In this document: positions 17,185-23,780 of the stretch, in pieces
How positions within the stretch are numbered: position 1 is the stretch's first letter
Layout: each line of letters begins with the position of its first letter
DNA from: an uncultured delta proteobacterium
Lineage (GTDB): Bacteria > Desulfobacterota > Syntrophia > Syntrophales > UBA2192
NCBI GenBank assembly: GCA_963705165.1
Contig: CAVPJD010000029.1
Span: 1 to 23,780, forward strand
DNA length: 23,780 bases
Reading direction: 5' to 3'
Made by a program: the position numbers and the translations under genes
Notes under the pieces: generated by a model
The model's input: the letters and a program-made list of their open reading frames with translations, nothing else
Told to the model about the DNA's origin: nothing
Databases searched by the model: none

Positions 17185-18408
17185 TTGCCCGAGGCTCAAT
17201 TGCCGTCACCGGGGAATCAATCCGTCTTGCCAGCAAACAGATTCAACCTCAAAGTCCTGCTTCTTCTTTCATCGGGCCATCTCGTAACGGACCTCTACCA
17301 GGGGGCTTTGCCGGTCATCCTGCCTTTCCTGAAGGCAAAGCTCATGCTCTCCTACACCGCTACGGGTGTGATCCTCCTGGTGGGCACCCTCGCGTCGTCG
17401 GTGATCCAGCCCCTCTTCGGCTACATCTCGGACCGTAAGGAAAAACCCCTGCTGCTGCCCCTGGGGTGCCTCTGCGCGGGGTTGGGGTTTTCGATGCTCG
17501 CCATGCCCACGAGTTTTACCCTTGTGTTGCCGCTTGTCATCTTGAGCGGCCTGGGGATCGCCTCCTACCATCCGGAGGGGTTCCGGACCGCTCATTTCTT
17601 CACGGGCGAAAAAAAAGTCACCGGGATGTCCATTTTCTCCGTCGGGGGAAACCTGGGCTTTGCCATCGGCCCCCTTCTGGCCCTTTATGTGGTTCAGACC
17701 TTCGGCTTTGAGAGCCTTCCCGTCATGGTCGTCCCCGCAGTGATCTTCGTTGCGGTCATCCTCACGTTCTGGCATGCAATCGCCATTCCCCGTTCAGGAG
17801 GGCAAGCCACAGTGGCCGGGAAGGGCACGGGAGCAGAAACGGCACAATGGTTCTCGCTGTTTATGCTCATTGCGGTTGTAGTCATGCGCTCCTGGATCCA
17901 GGTCGGCCTTCTGACGTATATCCCCTTCTACTTCATCGACTACCTGAAGGGCGATGCGCTCCAGGCGGGATTTCTCGTCTCCACGTTCCTTGCCGGCGGA
18001 GCGATCGGAACGCTTGCCGGGGCGCCTCTTGCCGACCGGTGGGGGCATAAACGCTACCTGGTCCTGTCGATGCTTTTGTCCTCGCTCCTGATGCCCCTGT
18101 TCTTCGTCACGAAGGGGGTCCTGCTCTTCGTGGTCCTCGGACTGCTGGGGATGATCCTCATATCCACCTTCTCGGTGACCATCGTCATGGCACAGCACCT
18201 GATCCCGCAGGGCCTGGGCGTCGCCTCGGGGCTCATGGCAGGGTTTGCCATCGGCACCGGGGGGATCTGCGTGACGCTGCTCGGCGTGATCGCCGATCAC
18301 TTCGGCGTCCCTGCAGCCCTGCAGTCGATCATGGCGCTCCCTGTCATCGGCTTTCTTCTCGCCCTGGGGCTGCGTTACAGGCAGGAAGGTGAGAGGGTAA
18401 GAGGGTAA
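17185..18408 (+). CDS. MFS transporter, Fsr (fosmidomycin resistance)-like
   Basis: HLVTDLYQG, QPLFGYISDR, YHPEG, FSVGGNLGFAIGP, LADRWG; about 12 TM; start may be TTG 17200 (GAGG at 17191). Confidence 0.9.
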   Translation: MPEAQLPSPGNQSVLPANRFNLKVLLLLSSGHLVTDLYQGALPVILPFLKAKLMLSYTATGVILLVGTLASSVIQPLFGYISDRKEKPLLLPLGCLCAGLGFSMLAMPTSFTLVLPLVILSGLGIASYHPEGFRTAHFFTGEKKVTGMSIFSVGGNLGFAIGPLLALYVVQTFGFESLPVMVVPAVIFVAVILTFWHAIAIPRSGGQATVAGKGTGAETAQWFSLFMLIAVVVMRSWIQVGLLTYIPFYFIDYLKGDALQAGFLVSTFLAGGAIGTLAGAPLADRWGHKRYLVLSMLLSSLLMPLFFVTKGVLLFVVLGLLGMILISTFSVTIVMAQHLIPQGLGVASGLMAGFAIGTGGICVTLLGVIADHFGVPAALQSIMALPVIGFLLALGLRYRQEGERVRG

Positions 18409-18500
18409 GAGGGTTTGAAAAAACAAAAAAAGACCGGGAGCATGACTCCCGATCTTTCTCTTTCTCACCTTCTCAACCTCTCACCTTCTCACTCTCACCT
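18386..18500. repeat. Inverted octamer arrays (GGGTAAGA-like ... TCTCACCT-like) enclosing a terminator
   Basis: aaggtgag agggtaag agggtaag agggt ... tctcacct tctcaacc tctcacct; the G-arm overlaps the MFS stop. Confidence 0.8.
18425..18463. terminator. Bidirectional terminator between convergent MFS and CPBP genes
   Basis: AAAAAAAGACCGGGAG-CATGA-CTCCCGATCTTTCTCTTT. Confidence 0.65.
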
Positions 18501-18520
18501 TGGTGGACGCATGACTCCGA

Positions 18521-19138
18521 TCACTGCACCGGTATGACCACGAAGATAAGGACGTCCCATACGGCATGGGATATGAGGCCCGGCCACACGGACCGGTAGC
18601 GCAAAAACATGGCGCCCCAGAAGAGCCCGCAGATCAGGGAGGCCATGAAGAGCATGAAGTTGAATCCGAAGACATGGATGGCGGCGTAGACGAGCGAGGC
18701 GACGAGGTAGCCGCCTGTCCTGCCGTATCTCCCGCATAGGCGCTCCTGCACAAACCCGCGCCAGAAGATCTCCTCGGCGGGCCCCACCCAGAGCAGCAGC
18801 AAAAGCCCGATCGTGAGCGGCGAGGCCTGTGCCCGCGTGCTGTAGATGCCGGCGATTTCCGGCCTGGCGAAATGGAAGAACTGTGTCGAGACGGCGTTGC
18901 CGGCCCAGAAGATCGCATACAGGATCAGGGCCGACAGAAGCCCGATGAGAATGTGGGCGGGTTTGAAGAAATAGATCTCGCGGAGTCTGTCTCTCTGGAA
19001 CCACAGTCCCGCGCCCGCCAGGACGGCCGTTGCCATCGCCATGACGAGCCAGAAATTCAGGCGGGGGGCCGTCCAGGGCGAGAACATGACGAACCAGAAA
19101 AACGTTGCCAGGGCACAGAGCCAGACGACCGCGATCAT
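18521..19138 (-). CDS. CPBP (Abi / type II CAAX protease) family intramembrane glutamic endopeptidase
   Basis: AEEIFWRG, VYAAIH and SHAVWD motifs; hydrophobic. Confidence 0.9.
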   Translation of the reverse strand: MIAVVWLCALATFFWFVMFSPWTAPRLNFWLVMAMATAVLAGAGLWFQRDRLREIYFFKPAHILIGLLSALILYAIFWAGNAVSTQFFHFARPEIAGIYSTRAQASPLTIGLLLLLWVGPAEEIFWRGFVQERLCGRYGRTGGYLVASLVYAAIHVFGFNFMLFMASLICGLFWGAMFLRYRSVWPGLISHAVWDVLIFVVIPVQ

Positions 19139-20073
19139 TTCAGGAAGGTCCCGATGAAAATGGCTACCCCGAAAAGGGCACAGAACGCCAGGTGCAGCTG
19201 GGCCGACATGACATCCCCCATGGCGATGGACTCGGGCTTTCCCGGTTCAGCGGCCAGAACGGCCTTCACGTTGCGCAGCGCCATCGGCAGGGTGATCCCC
19301 ACGGCGAGGGCCAGGGGCGTGACGAGCTTCGCCAGGACCATGACGAGGACCACGAGATAGGCCCCCGCAACGAGGCCCACGTAGATGGCCTTGGCTGCCG
19401 GCACGCCCAGCACCATGGCCATCGTCTTGATGTTTGCCCGGGCATCGTGGTCGATGTCCCGCAGGTTGTTGGCGTGAAGGATCGCCGCCACGAGACATCC
19501 CACGGGAAGCGACGCATAGAGAACCGTCAGGCTGAATCCGCCCGTCAGTGCAAGGTAGGAGCCGATGACCATGAGCGGCCCCATGAGGATGAAGACCAGG
19601 ATGTCGCCCAGGGCCACGTACTTGTAGGCAACGGGCCCGCCAGTGTAGAACCAGCCGCCGAGCAGCCCGATGACGCCCAGTATGAATATGGGCCAACCGC
19701 GTACGGCGACCAGGAGCAGGCCCAGGGAGAAGCCGACGGCAAACAGGATGAGGCCCGCCGCGAGAAGCTGCTTCGGGGTCAGGAGCCCCTCGACGAGGAC
19801 CCGGCTCGAGCCGAACGTTTCGTCGCGGTCCACGCCTCTTCGGTAGTCGAAATAGTCGCTGACCATGTTCGTCCCGACGTGGAACAAAAGCGAGCATGCG
19901 ACAATGAGGGGGAAAAGGGGCCAGTCGACAGGTCCTTCAACGGTTGCGGCCAGCACGGCTCCGATGACCACGGGCAGGACGGAGGCCGTGAGGGAAAAAG
20001 GCCTGACAGCCTGGAACCACACGCTCAGCATGTTTCGTTTCTGGTCTACAGTCGATGTATCTCTTGTCCCCAT
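19135..20073 (-). CDS. menA: 1,4-dihydroxy-2-naphthoate polyprenyltransferase (UbiA family)
   Basis: RPFSLTASVLP, NMVSDYFDYRRGVD, YTGGP..YKY..LGD, HANNLRDIDHD. Confidence 0.85.
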   Translation of the reverse strand: MGTRDTSTVDQKRNMLSVWFQAVRPFSLTASVLPVVIGAVLAATVEGPVDWPLFPLIVACSLLFHVGTNMVSDYFDYRRGVDRDETFGSSRVLVEGLLTPKQLLAAGLILFAVGFSLGLLLVAVRGWPIFILGVIGLLGGWFYTGGPVAYKYVALGDILVFILMGPLMVIGSYLALTGGFSLTVLYASLPVGCLVAAILHANNLRDIDHDARANIKTMAMVLGVPAAKAIYVGLVAGAYLVVLVMVLAKLVTPLALAVGITLPMALRNVKAVLAAEPGKPESIAMGDVMSAQLHLAFCALFGVAIFIGTFLK

Positions 20074-20153
20074 TTCTCAACCCTCTGTTCAGGCACAACT
20101 GCTAGAAGGGGTTTTTATTCATACCCGACATGTCAAGTCAAGCCGAAAAAAAA

Positions 20154-20265
20154 AGGGTATAGGGGACAGGGTATCGGGTATAGGGTAAAGAAAAGAGAGA
20201 GAACCGGTGGCATACCGATCCTCTCTTCTCTATCCTGAAGCCTGTGGCCTGCAGCTTGTTGCCTG
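20154..20265. repeat. Heptamer G-arm (AGGGTAT-like x5), hairpin, degenerate C-arm (GCCTGNN)
   Basis: agggtat aggggac agggtat cgggtat agggtaa; then cctgaag cctgtgg cctgcag cttgttg cctg. Confidence 0.7.
20189..20231 (-). terminator. Probable terminator of the rubrerythrin transcript
   Basis: AAGAGAGAGAACCGGT-GGCAT-ACCGATCCTCTCTT imperfect hairpin; U-rich tail on the minus strand. Confidence 0.5.
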
Positions 20266-20267
20266 TT

Positions 20268-20762
20268 TTAGTCTACCTTCTTGAATGCCTGCTTCTTTGC
20301 CTTGCACACGGGGCACTCGTCCGGCGCTTCGCCCTCGACGGTCATCCCGCAGACCTGGCATACCCAGTAGTCCACATCGGGCGTCTTGTCCAGGTTCTCG
20401 AGCATTTTCTGATAAAGCGCTGCGTGGATCTTCTCCACGGCGTTGGCGAACTCGAAGCTCCTGAGCGCCCCCGCTACCCCCTCGGCCTTGGCGTCGGCGA
20501 TCATCTCGGGGTACATCTTCTGGAACTCGTAGGACTCACCGGAGATCGCCTCCTGGAGGTTCTCCTTCGTGGATTTGACCCCCTTGAGCTCCCGCAGATG
20601 GGCGTGGGCGTGCACCGTCTCGGCCTCGGCAGCGGCCCGGAAAAGCCTTGCCGCCTGTTTGAATCCTTCCACCTCGGCCTTCTTCGCGAAGGCGAGGTAC
20701 TTGCGGTTGGCCTGCGATTCGCCTGCAAAGGCGTCTTCGAGGTGCTTTTTCGTCTTTGACAT
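20268..20762 (-). CDS. rbr: Rubrerythrin
   Basis: GGAGG RBS; AFAGESQANRKY, AETVHA, GESYE, VEKIH di-iron motifs; C-terminal CQVC...CPVC rubredoxin-like domain. Confidence 0.93.
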   Translation of the reverse strand: MSKTKKHLEDAFAGESQANRKYLAFAKKAEVEGFKQAARLFRAAAEAETVHAHAHLRELKGVKSTKENLQEAISGESYEFQKMYPEMIADAKAEGVAGALRSFEFANAVEKIHAALYQKMLENLDKTPDVDYWVCQVCGMTVEGEAPDECPVCKAKKQAFKKVD

Positions 20763-20859
20763 TCTACCCTCCTTCAAGTTGTTCTCGATTGATTTTGCGG
20801 TCTTCGGAAAGGGGCATGAAATACAGGATCCGCGACAAACCACAACATCGATAATTTTA

Positions 20860-23466
20860 TCAGCCTTTTTTCCTTTTTACAAACTTTTCCAACTCGATCG
20901 CGATGAAGGGGATGAAGGACAGGGCCGTGCAGAGGAGAAGCTCGCCGGCCGTGAGGGGCTTCGTGTCGAATATGGGGTTGAGGAAGGGCACATAGATCAC
21001 GGCGAGCTGCAACACAACCCCCGCGGCAATGGCCCCCAGCATGGCCTTGTTGGTGAAAAGCCCCAGCTTGAACAGGGATTCCTTCTCAGAGCGGACGGCC
21101 AGGGCCGTCGTCAGCTGACCCCAGACAATGACCGTGAAGACCATGGTCTCCCAATCGTCGTTGCCCGATTTGACCTCCGTGTACTGCACCCCGATGCATA
21201 CAGCGGCCATCAGCAGGCCCACCCAGACACAGAAAACACCCAGCCCGTGGGCGAAGATGCCCTCGCGCGGGTCCCGCGGCGGGCGTTTCATCACCTCGCC
21301 CTCGGCAGGCTCCACGGCCAGGGCAAGGGCCGGAAGGCTGTCGGTGACGAGGTTCATCCAGAGGATCTGGATCGGCTGCAGGGGCAGAGGCAGCCCCAGG
21401 ATGGGGGCCAGGAAGAGCGTCAGGACTTCGCCGGAGTTGCAGGCCAGGAGGTACTTGATGAACTTCCGGATGTTGTCGTAGATCATCCGGCCTTCCTGGA
21501 CGGCCTTCACAATGGTGGCAAAGTTGTCGTCCAGCAGGATCATGTGGGAGGCCTCCTTGGAAACGTCGGTCCCCGTGATCCCCATGGCGATCCCGATGTC
21601 GGCCCGCTTGAGCGCCGGGGCGTCGTTCACGCCGTCGCCCGTCATGGCCACGATCTGCCCTTTGTCCTGAAGGGCCCTGACGATCTTGAGCTTTTGCTCG
21701 GGAATCATCCGGGCGTAGACCCGGATGTCCTCTACCTGGTTCTCGAAGTCCTCGAGGGAAAGCCTGTCCAGTTCCCGGCAGGTCATCACCGCACCCCCGT
21801 CCTCGACGATCCCGATGCGCCGGGCGATGGAGAGCGCCGTCAGCGGGTGGTCTCCCGTGATCATGACGGGCCGGATGCCGGCGGACTTGCAGAGAGAGAC
21901 GGCCTGGCGGACCTCCTCGCGGGGCGGGTCCAGCATGCCCGTAAGTCCCAGCAGCGTGAGCCCCTGCTCGACGTTCTCGGGCGACAGGTCATCGGGCACT
22001 TCGTTCCAGAGGCGCGCTGCCACGGCCAGGACGCGGAGGCCCGCACCGGCCATCCGGTCGTTCTCGCGGCTGATCCCGTCGGCATCGAGCGGTGCGAGCT
22101 TTCGCTCCGTGAGCACGTTGATGGCCCTTTCCAGCATGACGTCGACGCCCCCCTTCGTGAAGGCCATGACCCCCCCGGGCCACCGGTGGAATGTCGTCAT
22201 GCACTTGCGCTCCGAGTCGAAGGGGATCTCGGCCACGCGGGGGTGCTCCTTCTCGAGCTCGGCCTTTACAAACCCGTGCCCTCTGGCAGCCCGGTAGAGG
22301 GCGATCTCCGTCGGGTCGCCGCTGACCCCGGTGATATCCTCATGGGTGTAAGGAAGAGCATCGTTGCTGAGGGCCAGCGCCTTCAGGAGATGGTCGAATC
22401 GCCCGAGATCGGGGTCATCGCTTTTGAACAGCGTCCCGTTGGCGTAAACCTCCTCGACGGTCATGCGGTTCCAGGTGAGGGTCCCCGTCTTGTCGGAGCA
22501 GATGAAGGTGACGGACCCCAGGGTCTCGACGGCAGGAAGTTTCCGGATCAGGGCATTGTGCTCCACCATCTTGCGCGCCCCCAGGGCGAGCGAGATCGTG
22601 ATGACGGCGGGAAGGGCCTCGGGGATGGCGGCGACGGCCAGAGAGACGGCCGTGAGGAACATGAGAACGGGGGCCTCGCCCCGCAGGAGCCCCACGCCGA
22701 AAATGAAGGCGCAGATGACCAGGACCGCCACGGCAACCTTCTTCCCGAAGACGGTGAGGCGCTTCTGGAGAGGGGTCTTGACCTCCTCTCCCTCCTGGAG
22801 CATGGTGGCGATCTTGCCGAGCTCCGTCTCCATCCCCGTGCCGATCACGACGCCGGTGCCCCGCCCGTAGGTGACGACGGTGCCCTTGAAGACCATGTTC
22901 GACCGGTCCCCCAGGGGAAGCATCGCCTCGTGCAACACCCGGGTGTGTTTTTCCACGGGAACCGACTCGCCCGTGAGGGCCGCCTCTTCGATTTTCAGCA
23001 CGGCCACCTCGGTGAGCCGCATATCGGCCGGGACGATGCCCCCCGCCTCGAGAAGCACCAGGTCCCCCGGGACGATCTCCGATCCCGGAATGGACGAAAC
23101 GCTGCCGTCACGAAGAACCCGGGCGACGGGAGCAGCCATCTGCTTCAGGGCCTCCATGGCCTTCTCGGCGCGGTACTCCTGGACAACGCCGATGACGGCG
23201 TTCAGCAGGACGATGACGAGGATGGCAATGGTGTCGACCAGCTCGCCGACGAAGCCCGAGACCACGGCGGCGGCGATCAGGATCAGGATCATGAAATCCC
23301 GGAACTGATCGATAACCATCGCCAGCGGCGACCGCTTTCCCTTCTCTACCAGCTCGTTGTGACCGTATTTCGCGAGACGCTTGCAGGCTTCTTCCGATCG
23401 AAGGCCGTCGATGGGAACTTCAAGTTCGGCGAGGACCGCCTTGAGCTCTTTCTGGTGCCAGTCCAT
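20860..23466 (-). CDS. Cation-translocating P-type ATPase (P2A, Ca2+-type)
   Basis: LTGES, AIPEAL, DKTGTLT, DPPR, TGDH, TGDGVND, WMNLVTD. Confidence 0.95.
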   Translation of the reverse strand: MDWHQKELKAVLAELEVPIDGLRSEEACKRLAKYGHNELVEKGKRSPLAMVIDQFRDFMILILIAAAVVSGFVGELVDTIAILVIVLLNAVIGVVQEYRAEKAMEALKQMAAPVARVLRDGSVSSIPGSEIVPGDLVLLEAGGIVPADMRLTEVAVLKIEEAALTGESVPVEKHTRVLHEAMLPLGDRSNMVFKGTVVTYGRGTGVVIGTGMETELGKIATMLQEGEEVKTPLQKRLTVFGKKVAVAVLVICAFIFGVGLLRGEAPVLMFLTAVSLAVAAIPEALPAVITISLALGARKMVEHNALIRKLPAVETLGSVTFICSDKTGTLTWNRMTVEEVYANGTLFKSDDPDLGRFDHLLKALALSNDALPYTHEDITGVSGDPTEIALYRAARGHGFVKAELEKEHPRVAEIPFDSERKCMTTFHRWPGGVMAFTKGGVDVMLERAINVLTERKLAPLDADGISRENDRMAGAGLRVLAVAARLWNEVPDDLSPENVEQGLTLLGLTGMLDPPREEVRQAVSLCKSAGIRPVMITGDHPLTALSIARRIGIVEDGGAVMTCRELDRLSLEDFENQVEDIRVYARMIPEQKLKIVRALQDKGQIVAMTGDGVNDAPALKRADIGIAMGITGTDVSKEASHMILLDDNFATIVKAVQEGRMIYDNIRKFIKYLLACNSGEVLTLFLAPILGLPLPLQPIQILWMNLVTDSLPALALAVEPAEGEVMKRPPRDPREGIFAHGLGVFCVWVGLLMAAVCIGVQYTEVKSGNDDWETMVFTVIVWGQLTTALAVRSEKESLFKLGLFTNKAMLGAIAAGVVLQLAVIYVPFLNPIFDTKPLTAGELLLCTALSFIPFIAIELEKFVKRKKG

Positions 23467-23780
23467 GTATCCCCCAGCCCCTTGTCACCCCTACCAGATC
23501 AGTCCCGCCGCCGTCAAGCAGCCTGTATCGAAACGGGCGGAGGTCAGTCGCCGACGGCACTCATGGGTACGGGAAAAACGGAAAAATACCTCTGCACCTC
23601 GCCGCGACCGGGAAATCGCGCAGGAATAGTCAAAAATCATTGATAATCTGAGACAATAGCGATATTGTGTAATTATTATATCATAGGTTGCATTATTGAT
23701 CATTTTCTGTGGATGGTTGATGATGGTTCCACGGAGTCCCTATGTACCGTATCGTGATCGTTCCTCTGCTTGTCTGCGCC

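Noticed and set aside
20569..23643. 1024-aa plus-strand ORF
   Set aside because: Antisense shadow of the P-type ATPase in GC-rich DNA; no recognisable motifs

Overview
GC-rich bacterial window with about 21 protein-coding genes. Gene content suggests an anaerobe, possibly Desulfobacterota/Syntrophales-like (inference). No rRNA, tRNA, CRISPR or mobile element was recognised. Genes include queF, pyk, gpmA, menA, rubrerythrin, a P-type ATPase, MscS, an MFS transporter, a lipocalin and a DapA-family aldolase. Four things stand out. (1) A probable selenoprotein missed by the ORF track (2752-3495): signal peptide, then an HMA/CopZ-like domain with an in-frame TGA at the first metal-binding Cys position (G-C-Q-U-P-D-T) and a SECIS-like hairpin downstream, fused to a WCKDC thioredoxin domain. 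(2) A translationally coupled three-gene operon (10760-14414): ATP-grasp ligase/methyltransferase fusion, YdjC deacetylase and a SenB-like GT4 glycosyltransferase. Its enzyme logic mirrors mycothiol/bacillithiol synthesis and it may make an undescribed metabolite. (3) Many intergenic regions carry inverted arrays of 7-8-mer tandem repeats (G-rich arm, spacer or terminator, C-rich arm). (4) Consensus sigma-54 promoters precede a stand-alone tandem MshEN protein and a small membrane protein, the latter with an IHF site.
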